DNA of 64,000 bases from Camelus ferus (lineage: Eukaryota), in NCBI RefSeq assembly GCF_009834535.1, contig NC_045697.1:89654001-89718000 (forward strand). The letters run 5' to 3'. Shown one piece after another: positions 15,520-30,214 of the stretch (its first letter is position 1; every line of letters starts with the position of its first letter). The notes under the pieces were generated by a model. That model ran no database searches. It was not told the DNA's origin and saw only the letters and a program-made list of their open reading frames with translations. A program made the translations under genes and the position numbers.

Positions 15520-17050
15520 AGTGTGTACCACTGAAAAATATGGTAATGGCCCCTGCCTGATAAAGCTTATAATCTAGTATGTAAGGCAGACAATAAACAA
15601 TCCAAGAAAAGAAACCATATTAATGCTACCTTTGTTATTTCCTCTAAAGGTAATAACTGGGTAATATGAAAAGGAATAACAAAAGCCATCTAGATTCAAC
15701 TGTGGAATCAGGAAAATACTGAGTTGTGTACCACCAACCCTAATAATGATAGGGTTTAATAGGTGAAGAGTCAGGGTGATTATTCAAATCAGAAGATATA
15801 GCCTGTTCAAAGGTCCTGAAGAATAAAAGCATTTGAACTAAGCGGGAACTGAAAAGACCAATGAGGCTGACACAGGGAAAGTATAGATGGAGAGTGGCTA
15901 GAAATGAGCATTGAGAGTTAAATAAAGGCTGGATGTTGCACACATGATTAGCTAATGATATGGATTCAAGATTTTATTTCAAAGTCAATGAGAAGAAGTT
16001 GTATAATTTTAAGCTAGGGCTGGCATGACTTTCTTTATTTTTAAACAAGATCACTAGTTACTGGGTGAGGAGTTCATTACACAGAGGCAAAGATGGACAT
16101 TACAAGGCCATATGGAGGCAAATATAATAGGTCAGAGAAGAGAGAGCAATGACGAGGACTATGCAGAAAGCAGTGAAAAAGGTAACCAATGGAAGGATGG
16201 TATATATGTTTTGGAAGGGAAATCAACAATTCCTGGAAATTTATTGTGGGGTTGGGAGACAGGCAGTGGAAAGTGAAATACCCAAGTTCATGGTTCACAT
16301 CATTGATGCCAATTATGAAAATGAGGGTGGTCTGGAGGAATAATAGGTTTGAAGATAAAGATTAAGAGTACCATTTGAGGCATCTTAATCTGAGATATCT
16401 ACTGATCGTCAAAACCCTCATGTCAAGTTACCATTTGGATATAGGAGTGTGGAGATCAGAAGAGAAATCAGAGATAGAGATAAATTGGAAGGTTTCCAGA
16501 AACAGATGATATTTTTAAGATACAGGAATTGATATACTTGCTTTGGATGAAGCTATGTAGTGAGTAAAGACCTAAAGATATACAAAGATATTAAAGGAAA
16601 GGGGAGAAAAAATAGAAGCAAAAAATGAAAAAAAAAAAAAAAAGAACCTAAAGATGTAGAAGAAAATCAAGAGAATATACGTCATAAGAGGCAATAGAAG
16701 AAAGAATTTTCACAAAGAGAGGAACACAGAACTTTTCAAATACATCTAAAAGGTTAAAGTAGGCATCGAGTATTAAAAATTCTACATTGGATTTAGCAAC
16801 ATAGAGTTCACTAGTGTTTTAACAAGAGCGTTTTCAGTAGACTGGAGGGATCAGAGGCTAAAGGGAGCGGGAAGTGAGAAAGAAAAGGCAAATAGCTTAA
16901 GGAGAGAACTTTGAGAGTAAAATGTGGTCATAACAGGGGCTTATGATTAGAAAAGATTTTTGAAGGATGAGAGGTAGTGTGTCATTTAAAAATGTGAATG
17001 GAAATGACCCAATAGAGAATAAGCAAATGAAAATCCAGAAGAAAAACAAA
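15520..17050 (-). mobile_element. L2 fragment(s)
   Basis: Purine-rich stretch with L2 motifs (ccctgcc..aagcttataatctag, ttggatttagcaacatagag). Confidence 0.7.
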
Positions 17051-17309
17051 GCATTAGGTAATGTATTTTGATTAGAGGAAGTTGGTCTGGCATTAATTGG
17101 ACCAGGCTACACCAGAAATGCTCTGTTCAGAATGAATCTCCAGGTCGGGTCAAGAAATGAAGAGAGAAGGATACAGAGATTGGCATGATGTGCGTGATGG
17201 AAGTATGAACAACATTAGCCCATGATTTTACTAGATGTCATATAATGAAACTGCTTCAATATTCACTATTTTGCTTAATCCAATCAGTTTACTAGAAAAT
17301 TTAAAACAT

Positions 17310-17359
17310 GAAAAGGTGATTGTGTGTTTTGTGCGAAAAGGTGATTGTGTGTTTTGTGC
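17310..17359. repeat. Exact 25-bp tandem duplication
   Basis: gaaaaggtgattgtgtgttttgtgc twice, head to tail. Confidence 0.95.
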
Positions 17360-19589
17360 AGAGACACTATATATGAATAATAACTGGGAAATACATCCTG
17401 ACTCTTTAGAAGTCTTAAAGGGAGAGAAATCAGGAGGGGAAAGATGTGTATGGCAATGGGAGAGAATGCAGATCAGATCAAAGACTGCAGAGAGAAAAGG
17501 GGAGGGGCAGCGAATCTACCTAGGGAAGGCAGAATCCCCACGTCGGGAGAGCATTCACGGCCTGCCCCCTTTCACCACATAACCTCGTGGTCTTTAATTT
17601 TTATCTTGAGTTTCTACAATGTCTAGAATTTTCTCTTCTCATATATTTAAAAAGTATATAAAACTAAAGTGTGAATTCTGAATTTCCACTCTTTATTACA
17701 AAAGCTTCACCAAACTTTGAGATGTAATAAAGATGGGCTGTGATGTTTTTAGAGACTTTGTGGTTGTAGAATACTTAAGGAAATTAAAGAGAACTCTGTG
17801 TTTTCAGAAATGGTTAGAGAAACAAATCCCTCATAACAATATGTTAAGATGGACCTCCTTTAAAAATAATAATACAACTATGATTAGTGATGGATGGTCT
17901 TGAATCACCTGCTGACTCAAATGATAGAATGAAGTTTTTGAAAGTGGAAACCTTACAAAATGCTTTTTCCCATGAGGTTTTCAGTAGGCTTTGGGCTTTG
18001 GTTTGTGCCTGGCTTGGAATTCCAGTACAAAAGTCTTTCTTGTGGTGGCTTGATTCTGTCTTTTTTGGATACAGCCAATGCCAGGAAATAGACTGGAAAT
18101 GAAGAAATATAGCATGTTTTGGGTTGGTTGTTTTGTTTTGTTTTGTTGGTTTTGTTTTGTTTCCCCACTGAAAAGCTTGCATCAAAAAAAATGAAGACTG
18201 CTGTGTCTCAGAAGAGAGTTTACAAAGGTTCACTGGGTCTCTGTGCTCAAAATGGGTCTATGATACTGAATTTTTAAATTAAAAAAAATAAAATACTATG
18301 TGTCCAATGACAGATTCATAAACCCATTAATCTTTGGTTGCCAAAACTCTGGAACCTTTCATTAGATTAAGCTATGAAGCATTTTGGACCTCTCCAGATT
18401 GCTATTCGTATCTTATTGTGTAGATATAGGTTATATGGAAGAGTTAACAGGTTTTCTTATGGATTCTAATTTAGGGTACTGAGAGAGACTAGGGACACAA
18501 TACTTCTCAGCATCAGGGAATTGTGGAAAGTCTTCCTACTCGGTACAACTTGCAAACTCTGTTTATTCAAAGTGAAAAGAAAATCAAGTTTACTTTCCGT
18601 GGTCTGAAGGCCTCCCACTTTGCTCTGGGACCCCGTACACAGGGAACTTGCAGTCTGAAAGTGTCTGTGGCACTCTCTGGACACCCAAGGAGAGTAAGTC
18701 TGCTTAGAAAGTGATATTAAAATTTCAATTACACAGCCATTTTGCAGTAAGTTCTGAGTTTATGTCCCCAGGCAACTTTAGAAGAGGTCATAATGTTGCT
18801 TTAGGTGTTGGGTTTTGGATAAGGGTATAATTTGAGGTCTCCCTTACTTTTGCTTTTTCAAGAAAAATAAGGCCAGCTCCTGTTTTTCTAACCACAATCA
18901 GTTTCATATTAAATTCTTTCCCGAACTTTCACCTTTTAAAAGAGAAGTGCTCTAAAATGGTTTGAATCATATTCTACATTGGAAAAAGTTGCACTTTTGA
19001 AAGTTAATTCCTCTGCAGTTTAAATGTTGTTATTAGTTTAGATCACTGCAATCTGGTAGACATTTCCAGTAGATATGCCATAATATTTTATATTATATGT
19101 TACATTATATTTTATTGTTAACATCTCATTAAAATGATTTTCATTTTAAATTATTATTTTATGTAACTTTAAATTCCTTAGTTTTTATTGAGAAAACATG
19201 GCATTTTAGCTAATCCATTTGTGCAAATAAACACACATACAAAACTGCAATCTTGTCAGCAAGTCTTTCCTTCCAAAATTTTGCCTAGACTTCCCAAAAC
19301 AAACTGCTTAATATAAGCCCAGATAGGAATACATTCTAAGAAAACATAAAAAGCAAAAATACAAGTAGTTTAATAAACAAACCTTCTAATCATTTTCTCT
19401 TTCATTAGTTGTATATGAAGATACTATTCTCATTTGGCAAATCTGTTTGCAAGCAAAAGACATTAAAATTTTAAAGGAAAGATATGTGACTCAAAACAAG
19501 AGACTTTTTTTACAGAAAGTTCAAAGGAAGAGGAAGACTGATGTGTCAGGAGACCACGTAGGATTGAGCAAAAGCTAAAAACCAGGGTA

Positions 19590-20130
19590 TATTCTGACTA
19601 ACTGTACATGGTTTTCTATATTCCACATCTACACCAACATTGGTATTCACCAGCTTCCTAATATTTGACAACCTCACAGTATAAACTGAAAGCTTTTATT
19701 TAAATTTCTATTCCTCACTTTCAGTGGGTTTGAACATCACTTCATATGCATGTTAGCCTTGGTGTTTCCTGTGACCAATCAGTTAATACCCTTTGTACCT
19801 CTTTTGGAGGGATGCTGCTCTTTGTAAGTTTCCTGAATATTCCAGATGTTAGTTCATTGTGAGTTTTAGATATTACAGCTGTTCCTCCATTATTTCATCT
19901 ATATAACCTTTGGCATGTTCTTCTTCACTGATAATAAATAATTAAGCATGGTATCACAAAGTTAATTGTATTTAATACAGTTCATGTTTTTGAAATGTTT
20001 AAAAACTCCTTTATTCTCCTAGATCACAAGGGTAAAAGCCCTGACATTTTTCTCTATAAACTTTCTTGTATTACCTTTCATAATTAAGTCTGTAATCCAC
20101 TTGGAGTCCTCCACATGTATGGTGATATAT
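19590..20130 (-). mobile_element. Highly diverged L1ME-type fragment
   Basis: ccacatctacaccaacattggtatt...tttgaacatcacttcatatgcatgttagcc resemble degraded L1 ORF2 motifs. Confidence 0.55.
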
Positions 20131-20899
20131 TAAAAGAGAAATATTTTCATTATTTTTAATTTGACGTAATTTACCATACTTAGTTTAAATACATGATGAA
20201 ACTAGTTCAATAATACCACTTCAGAGGATAATCTTTTTCTTGTCTTTTATAGTAGTTCAATGGTGAAAAATATTTTCACTATGAACTCATCTTTCCCTCA
20301 GGGTGTTGGGTACTTGCTCTAATAAGAGTCACAGAGTCAAGGAGAAAGGCCCTAATCTGTGTCAGGCAGAATGAGATTAAACAGCTGACAGGTGCTGAGT
20401 CATGGGCAGAAAGCCTCTGAATCCCTTAAACCCTGGACTACCCACCTTTGCTGCCACTGTCCACCAGACAACCCTATTGCTCAGGGGTCTAATTCAAATC
20501 TTCAGGGAGAAACAATAGGATATTTAAAACAGAAGTAGAGGAGGAAACACATATGGCTCATCATGTTGTCTGTTTTCATCAACTCTCCCTTGCAGGGTCT
20601 GCTTTTCTGCTCTCATGGTGACGCTGGCCCAGTAGGTGTGAACACTGGCCTGGAGACCTGAGAAAGATCACTGATTTCTACGTGTAAGAGACAGGTGATA
20701 ACTGTTTCAGAGCAACCCAGCAGACAGGCAGGGCAACACAGAAGGCTTTCCTTCTACTCCTTCTACTCATTCTCTTCCTGCTGCCTCCAAATCCCCTCTG
20801 CCCCAGTTTGTAGCCATCCACCCCTGAAGAAAGACCACTCCCCAGGTGCTTCTCAACACCATGAACTACAATGCCCGAAATTTATATGGTGCTCTGAAT

Positions 20900-21040
20900 T
20901 CTATAGAGCACTTTATTTCTTATATTAACTCATCGAATTTTTACTACAATCCTGTGAAGTAGTTATCGCAGACATTACTCCTAGCTTTACCAATAGACAC
21001 AGAAGCTTGAAAATGTTAAAATACATACACAAGTTCACAT
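20900..21040 (-). mobile_element. MIR SINE
   Basis: agcacttta..tatattaactcat..tacaatcctgtgaagtag matches the reverse MIR core. Confidence 0.55.
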
Positions 21041-21296
21041 ATACACATAAAAGTTAGGCCATTTGATTTTGTGGTTGTACTATTATTATTCTATTAATGA
21101 CTGTATCAGTTACTACTTTTCTAGATAGTAATTGTTTTATAATTAAAGTACTACAGAAGCATACATAGGAATACACCCAGTATGTTAACCTGTAAATTCT
21201 CTGAATATATTTGTTCTAATGGTTATATCGGAAAGAACTGCTGGACGTGCACAAGTGGATGAGACAGCAGAGGATGAACAAGAAAGTATGAGTCTT

Positions 21297-21780
21297 ATCA
21301 TGGTGATCATTTTGAAATGTACAGAAATATCAAATTGCTATGTCGTATAATAGAAACTAACACTGTTATAGGTCAATTATATTTCAAAAACAAGCAAACT
21401 CATAGAAAAAGAGATCAGATTTGTGGCTACCAGTGGTGTGGATGAGGGGAGGAGAAACTGGATGAAGACAGTCAAAAGGTATGAACTTCCAGTTAAAAGA
21501 TAAGTAATATGTACACAATATACAGCATGATTAATACCATTAACACGGATGCACGCTGCATATGAAAGTGGTTTAGAGAGTACATTTTAGGGTTTCTCAT
21601 CACAAGGAAAAACTTTTTTCTATTTCTTTAATTTTGTATCTGTATCAGATAATGAGTATTCACTAAAGTTACTGTGGTAATCATTTCATGTTATATGGAA
21701 GTCAAGTCATTATACTGCACACTTTAAACTTACACAGTGCTGTGTGTCAACTGTATATCAATAAAACTGAGAGAGAAAAA
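21297..21780 (+). mobile_element. L1 3'UTR (laurasiatherian type)
   Basis: aaactcatagaaaaagagatcagatttgtggctaccag...aacttccagtt...tgtgtgtcaactgtatatcaataaaactg. Confidence 0.85.
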
Positions 21781-24700
21781 AGACAGTGGTAGAGATTGAT
21801 GTTTTATGCAACATTCATCATATTCACATAATCATTTATTAGTCCACCCTCCATACCCAGCCCTTGCAACCTTACCATAAATTTTGAGCAAAGATACTCT
21901 GTACTGAATAACGCATGTATTTCCATATATTGACATGTTTTACTACATTTCAATGACTGCTGTGTTAGAATTTTGTCTGAAAGGTCATTGTCATTTAAAT
22001 ATGTAAGAGGAACCAAAAATTTTATGTACAAATTTAACAGCTTAATTATATCTGATACCATTATAAAGAACAATTTACATATATTTTGTGTAAGTTTTCG
22101 TAAAGTTCTATGTACTTTTATTTTCTTCTATCAATTTCTTTCCTCCCTCCAACTTACTTTCTTTTTTCTTTCTTTTTTTGCCTTCCTTCTTCTACCTAGC
22201 TACATATCCACTGATCTGTCTTCCTATCTACCACTTACATGCTTCATATATAAATGATTTTTAACATCTATGACTGAAAGCCTATGATTGCATTTAGTCC
22301 AAGCCAAATAACATCTGTGTGTGAAAAAAATTAATGTTCTTTTTTTGGCATTGTTTTTGATTACTACAGATTAATTTGTAAGACAGAGCTAACTTTCCAT
22401 GCTTAATTTTAAAATAAATTTATTATAGTACTAGTATTTAAGACATGTCTATTTAAAACTATGTATTCAGACTTGTCATAACGTTGACAAAGATAATTCT
22501 TTCATGCTGAAATCGTCCATGCTTGGACTCAATTCAGTGTATTACCAAAAATGAAAACATTGGGATTTCATCTGTTTTTATGTTACCAGTGCACGAACAT
22601 AGGCATAACAACACTTAAGAAGTTTTCATTAATCTCAGCTTGCTTAACTGCTCTGTTTTCACATATATTTGCACACTGGCTGGTGGAAATGCCCTTGTAA
22701 GCCTTTAGTAATACTCTGCAGCTTTTCAGATACCAACATTGTTGCACTGACTTGAGCTAAATTTGCTAAGAGGACTGGTTTCTGCTAACAAGTTCTGCAG
22801 ATTTGACTTTGAGATATAATTACACCTTGATGCATCTGTAAGTATGTAATGTCAGGACTGTCTTCTGAAACAAATTTATGTATATTTTCCTAAAAAATAA
22901 TCCATATATTGATGGCAAAAATAATAATATGGACTTATACATTTTAATTAGACTTTTAAAATGAGAAGTTTCCTAATTTTCTTCCATTTACTTGCTCAAC
23001 AAATGCAGAATCATGTATTAAAATTAAAACTCTGTTTCATGAGTTCTGTCTAGATTTGAGTCTCAACTTCAGTTAGCATGATAGTCAATTAGGTTAATTC
23101 AGATATGCGTGTTGATCACCTTAGGGCTGCTTCTACCTCAGTAAGTTGTTCAAGAGTGTGACTGCCATTAGCTGTTGTTTGGGTAACCACTAAAGAGAAG
23201 CAGCATTTAATCTCCTCTAAGGAAGAAGTCCACTGGAACTTCTTAAAGCAAGCAAGGAGACCTTGCTGACACTTTGCACTTACACCTGCCCTCAGCTTCT
23301 GTCCAGTACAATTTTGGCCTCGTCACGTCGGGTAAAAAAATCCTCTCCAACCCTAATGTTAGGAATCACTGAGCATGCTCAGACTCAGGGTTTCTTGTAT
23401 TTGTTTCCTTATCTTATATATCTAGCAGGTTCCTAGAAACAATATTAGTAAGAAAGAGCAGTATCTAAATATTTCTTAAAACATAGTAGTTTTTCCAGCC
23501 AGTTAGGAAAATCATCTCTTTGATTTCTGATGTTCTGAGTTGGAAGAAATACTAACTTATGTAACAAAAATTTTCAGATTATCACAAGACATGTTCAAAT
23601 AATTCTGCATTTTACTTTACAGAGGTAGATACAGATAAATATTTGTTTCATTAGAATACTGCTGTTGCAAATTCAAGTCTTGTCATAGGGATATAGGAAT
23701 AATTAATTGAGTTAAAAATTACTTGAATGACTTACGGAATTATTATTCACCTGAAATGTGTCTTTATTTTTTAAATATTTTTGTATGTTTAAAATAGGAC
23801 TTTTTTCAGAAACTTTGATTTAAAGATATAAAGTATTTTGGAAACATCACAATATTAAAAGTATATAGAAGTTCTATCTAAGACAAACCTTTATTTCAGG
23901 AGTAAAATTATCCTAAGGACCCTAAAAATGTCAACTGGACACCTTTTGGATTATGGCTTCCATAAAATCTAATTACCTTTTTTATTGAGAGGGAATATGT
24001 ATCACACAGCCTTCTGCCATTATCAGTGACAGCATGCCAGGTTTTCATAGTTTATCACTGTCGTAATGTCCCCAAGATCTATGTGAAATAACGTATAGTA
24101 AAGAATTGTCTAAGTAGGTTTTAATTCCTAATTTTTAATCCTTCCATGTAAACTCCTGTGCACATATCTATGTCTGTATGTCTGCCTTTAACTGTTGTGT
24201 CAAGAAATGTATTGGTGACTATTTTAAAGTCAGAAGAAAGTTGTTAAGTATAGACAATAAGTTGATGTCATGATACAGCAAGCATACATTTATAATTATT
24301 TTTCATTTAATATCTATAGAGAGGAAGCAGGGTTTAAGAATTTGGTAAACAGAAGGAAACACACTTGTGTACCTTGATGTTTTCCATCATTATTCTTATT
24401 TTGTAATCTTCAACAAATTCAGTACATGATACTTTTTAAAAGTTCCTGTTCAAAGCATTAGCTGTGTGTGTGTGTGTAGAAATGTAAATATAACTAGAGC
24501 AAATTTTAAAAGTCATGGGCATAGCAAAATCATTCAAGTGAAAATGTTCACTCTTAGAACTTAACGCTGAAACAAAAGTACAGTTTCTTTTAATAGTGAT
24601 GGGAAACTTGAAGCTATTTGGTAACAGTGATCCTTAGAAAAGCTCACAGGAGGACTTTACTCAATCAGATTTGGATTCAGAGGTCTTGGTGGTTCAGGTT

Positions 24701-25499
24701 TGGGTTGGAAGAGATTCCCCACAGATGAAGAAACATAAAATAAAAGTAATCCTTCACTGATTTTCACTCACTAGGCAACCGCTTCCTAAATCTCAATGCA
24801 ATACCATTTGCTATACCTCATTCTTTCCAGGTTACTTTTGTACATGTTATGTATCAACCCTACTTTAATAATACTACCCTTACATACATTTAACGGCCAA
24901 GGAATAAATGAGCATTGATAGTTTCTTTGGTATATGAGTGCCAAGAATCACCACTCCTGAGTAGGTAAGATGTGGAAAATCAAAATACACCTTTAGTGAT
25001 ACATTTAATTTGATTCTACTCATATTGAACATTCATAAGGGAATGAAATTCAAAAGGGAAACCAAAGTTTTTTTTTTCTCTCTAAAATGTTATAATATCC
25101 TGTGTGTACAACTGTGTATTTTTCTAATGTGATAAAATTGTGATATATATTCTCCAAGCTTTTTCTAAGATAATACATGCACTATATTTTCTGTACTACT
25201 TCCATCATTTTATGTGTAGCTTCCCTTTTTTTTTATTTTAGAAGAGTATTATTCCATATCTCTACTGGAAATATGACAATGGTGCTGATTTGAGAAGGGG
25301 CATATTAAATCCTGCTGGGGGGTAGCTGGGACCTGTGAAAGCTCTTTGGAGGAAATGAAGTTCACTGTTCAAAAGTTGGCTGATTTAAATAGTGATGGTT
25401 TTTAGGTTTACATTAGAGAATTTAAACCTCCAGCTACCCTCTCATGATTTTTTGTTGTTGATGATTTTTTTTTTAAAGAAGCAACAAACTAGTTGATGC

Positions 25500-25720
25500 T
25501 ACCCACGTTTTGCTTAGCTCACATGGTGTTTTAAAATATTTAGATTAATCTAATGTTAAAAAATCAGAATATTTCACTTAAAAAGCAGCATTTCTGACTT
25601 CTTTTAAAAATCAAAGCATGTGGCAAAACCAAACCCTCATATCTCCCTAGCAACAGTTGACTGAGCAGATCCGTTCCTATGAGCCCACCTGGTCCACACC
25701 ACTCATTTCACTTGCCTGCC
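25500..25720. mobile_element. hAT-Charlie DNA transposon remnant (MER102-like)
   Basis: aaaaatcagaatatttcacttaaaaagcagcatttctgacttcttttaaaaatc...tggcaaaac resembles the remembered consensus. Confidence 0.45.
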
Positions 25721-28449
25721 TGAGGAAGACAGTCGTGAGGGATTTTATCTCTGCCTGAGAAACATAAGAAGAAATGTTTACCCCCCATTTTACATGAAGA
25801 ATGGTATCATCTCATAGAAAGAGGGAAATGTTTCCCAGAAAGACAAACAAAAGGTGAAAACAGTCTTAGCCATTCAAATTGGCAAAGAACAGAGTTAATC
25901 CACTTACTTATAATTTTTAAAATTTTAACCTAGGATTTGCATAATAACATGATCCTAAATAGTTTAATGGAGGTGAGTAGAGTCTCTTTGAAAACTGTAG
26001 AAAACCTGTTTAAAGAGTATATAAACAGACAGTTAATAAATATACATGCAGGTTCTATTAGAACCAAGTATGGTTTATTCACTGGAGAATTTAATATGAT
26101 TGATCTACGTTTACATTCCTATGATGGAAGCAGGAAGCAAACCCAATTATTTTAAGCTACAAGTATAATTTTGTTATATGTAAGGTGCAAACCAAATCTA
26201 AATGAGGCAGAAGATTTCCAAAACACTAGGAGTAAATTCTACATTAATCACCATGGTGTGGAGGACACTGTCCAATCTATAGATCAACCATTTTTGATCA
26301 TTTTATGTTTCTATTAACCATGGACACTTAGTTTTTCTTCTAAATTCCATTCCCCCAATCTTCAAAAGGTTATTGTTGCTGTCATTTGTTTTTAGTGCAT
26401 CCTTCCTGACAAAACTACCTTCCAGTAATGATGCACTGGACTTCCTTCTGTTTTCTGCACTAACCAAGGTTTGATTCCCATTACCAAATGAGCAGTTTAT
26501 GCCTGCACCCAGGATCTACTTAAAAAATTTGTCTATTTTTTAATGCATTTATTCCCAAGAACACGACTATTTTAAAACGTAATTTTCAATATATATTAGT
26601 GTTCTCGTAATCTCCAAAAATGTGTCTAATTTGCCATTTAAGATATGTGAATTATCAGGAGATACGTGAATTATCAAGATACTACTCATGTTCAAAGAAA
26701 CTCAAAGTCCTAGGCCATGTACTTCTGATATTTTTCTATTAAGAAAACGTGTCTGAATTAATTTAAATTTGGGTTCATACAACAAATGTTTGCTTCAAAG
26801 TTACTTTTTTTAACTTTTTCTTTAGTAAATTCATATTTAAGTTGAAATGTTTCCACAAACAAAATATTCTGAAAAGGATCTAGAGTAGCATTTCCTCAAA
26901 TACGTTCTTTGCAAAATATTTCTGAAAAACATCAATTTGTGTTTCACAAATAGACAATTTCTGTCCAAAAAGTAAAGCTTTGCCAACTAGTTTTTATCCT
27001 AAGTACAAAATGATAAAGTAGACATTGTCATTTTCTCAGTTCTTTAATTATAATGAAATGAAACTTCTATTACATGTATAGGTATTAATTTGAATTTCTT
27101 TCCTAGGCCCCCTAAGTCCACCTGAACACACTGCTGAATGAACTCGACTCATTATATTTTGGATATAAATCAAATGTTTTCATTCAGCCTAAAGAGTGAG
27201 GGGATTCAATAAAAGAGAATATTTGATTAAAATAAAATGCTAGACCACCTCCATAATGCTTTCTATTACAGTCTAAATCTAGAAATGTACCCCATAATTG
27301 AGTATTCCTATGTGGTGGAATTATCTTCTCACTTTCTGAAGTTACAGCATTATATCACTTGTGTATTAAGCCACAAAAAGAGTACACGTGGGTATTGAAA
27401 CATGATGCACAACGTATATGGTTTCTTTAAAAGGTGATGTATTAAATATATTTTGGGAAAAAATAAAGGAGTGTACAATCTGGGTTTTCTTATTAGGATT
27501 AAGGAGAAATAAACCTAATGTATGTTTTCAACCTTTATTACACTTTGCAGTTTTTATTTCCTCCATTATTCCATGATTCCAGATAGGTATCTAAACATAA
27601 GGAAGGCAGAATGTTTTCACAGCTGCTCGTACAAAGTCATACCTATGCACTGTAGACCACACAGGGGGAGTACAATTGTTCAACTGTTAAAGCAATACTG
27701 AAGATGATTTAGTCAAAGTTATTTAACTTCCCTGCTCAATGACAATCTCTGTGTGCATATACTCATCAGTATAAGAACATATCAGTAAGGAGATTTATTT
27801 TGGAGAATTGTGTTTCAGAATAACACGGAAAAGAGGAACAGTGCATAGTAACATCATAAGATGATTCAAGTCCCATGAAATAGAAAGTAAATGTGAATGA
27901 TCATGTCAATTGTGCCTAAGAACATGCACATGACATCTCAAACACACGCTTAAGGATAAGACAGAAATAAGTACAAGTAGAAGCCATAGTGTCATCACTG
28001 AGACTAAATTCTGCTTGCCAGTTATTTCTCAGTATATTCAAATGAATTACAGCATCTCCTTGTTTATTATTCAGCTCAGACTGTCACATCCATTAGATAA
28101 ATACACACACACCCCCATAACCGAACTCCATCATCCATCAATAGAGAAAAGTGAAATAGAAAGAAAACAACAACGTAAATATTGAATCTAATACACGAAT
28201 ACATCTAACAAGTGACACTTCTAAAGTTAACAACCATCCCTGTGATCAAATGAATCCCCAACTTGTCTGCAGCCTTCGAACCAATATCCTATCTTCAAGG
28301 AAAGGACAGAAAAACTCTCAGGCACTTAAAAATGTAATGTGCCATGTTCTACACTTCTTTTAACATTTTAAGTTAAGAACATGAAGATGTGCATTTCGTA
28401 TATCAACATGTTGTTTGCCTTCTGGAAGGCTATCTTTAAGATGGCTTTT

Positions 28450-28557
28450 CAATATGGAAACAAATGTATGTATATATGCATGACTGGGACATTATGCTGT
28501 ACACCAGAAATTGACACATTGTAACTGACTATACTTCAATTAAAAAAAAAAAAAAAA
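28450..28557 (+). mobile_element. 5'-truncated young L1 stub with poly(A)
   Basis: Same 3' end as 3428-3664; TSD aagatggctttt / aggacagctttt. Confidence 0.9.
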
Positions 28558-29067
28558 GGACAGCTTTTGGAAAAAGAAGAATCAATTATTTAGTGGCTAT
28601 TGAGTCATAAACATAAAAAGTAACACTTTCATTTCCATTTCACTATGTTACTGAGTCTTCAGACTGGTTTACAAGTTTATTTAATTCCACAGAGACATGA
28701 GGCCAAACCATTAAAAAAATTTAGTTTCAATATTAATGCCAGACAGATTCAATAGCTTCCAATAATCCCAAAGGAAATGTATAGCCAGACTCAGTTGCTT
28801 TTTTATTAAGTGGCATATCAAAGCTCCTAGATCCCAGCCAACTACAACAAAGTTTTTTCTAAAATCAACTTCCTTGTATGGATGTATCTCTCTGCACCTA
28901 TAGTTTTTAATCTACAAAGTTTAAGATGCCTGATGATACTTATTTTTAATAAAAGTAACTGTTATTTGTTGCTGTTTTTACCCTTCTTTAAAGCCTTTTA
29001 AATGTACTAACAAATTTAATTTGCAAGAGTACACTATGAAATATGTAAAATTAAAAATAATTAAAGA

Positions 29068-30200
29068 CTACAGGTCTTCTGTCTGCTTAGGAAGGTTTAT
29101 TCCTAGGTATTTTGTTCTTTTTTGATGTGATGGTAAATGGAATTGTTCCCTTAATTTCTTTTTCTGATACTTCGTTGTTAGTGTAAAGAAATGCAACAGA
29201 CTTCTGTATTGTAATATAGTATCAACATCAAAAAAATAAACAACCCAATCAAACAATGGGCAGAAGATCTAAATAGGCCTTTCTCCAAAGAAGAGATACA
29301 GATGGCCAATAAGCACATGAAAAGATGTTCAATATTGCTAATTATTAGAGAAATGCAAACCAAAACTACAATTATGTTATCAGCCTGTACTGGTCAGAAA
29401 GGCCATCACTAAAAAGTCTACAAATAATAAATGTTAGAGGGTATGGAAGAAAGGAAACTCTCCGACACTGTTGGTGGGAATATAAATTGGTGCAGTTACT
29501 ATGAAGAAAAGTATGAAGTTTCCTTAAAAAAACTAAAAATAGAGTTACTATACAATCCAGCAATTCCACTCTTGGGCATATTTCTAGAGAAAACTTCAAG
29601 TCAAAAGATCCATGCTCCCCAATGTTCACAGTCACTATTTACAATAGTCAAGACATGGAAGCAAACTAAATGTCCAACAACAGATGACTGGATAAAGAAG
29701 ATGTGGTATACATATATAATATATATGTATATATATATAAAATATATATACACATACACAATGAAATATTATGCAGTCATAAAAAATAAATAATGCCATT
29801 TGCAGCAACAGAGATGGACCTAGAGATTATCAGTATTAAGTGAAATAAGTCAAAGACAAATATATCACTTATATGTGGAATCTCAAAAATGATAAGTGAA
29901 CTTATTTACAAATCAGAAATAGACTCACAGACATAGACAACAAACTATGGTTACCAAAGGGGAAAGGGGGGATAAATTAAGAGTTTTGGATTAACAAATA
30001 CACACTACTATATATAAAACAGATAAATATTAAAGACCTATTGTAGAGCACAGGGAACTATATTCAATATCTTGTAATAACCTATAATGGAAAAGAATCT
30101 GAACAAGAATATATATATATATGATTTAACACAAATATGTATGAATAAGTACATCTGAAACTAACACAACATTGTAAATGAACAATACTTCAACAAAAGA
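29068..30200 (+). mobile_element. L1 with inverted 5' segment
   Basis: 29068-~29210 is antisense ORF2 (KYLGINLPK on the minus strand); ~29222-30200 is sense ORF2 end plus 3'UTR. Confidence 0.9.
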
Positions 30201-30214
30201 TAATTTAAAGAAGA

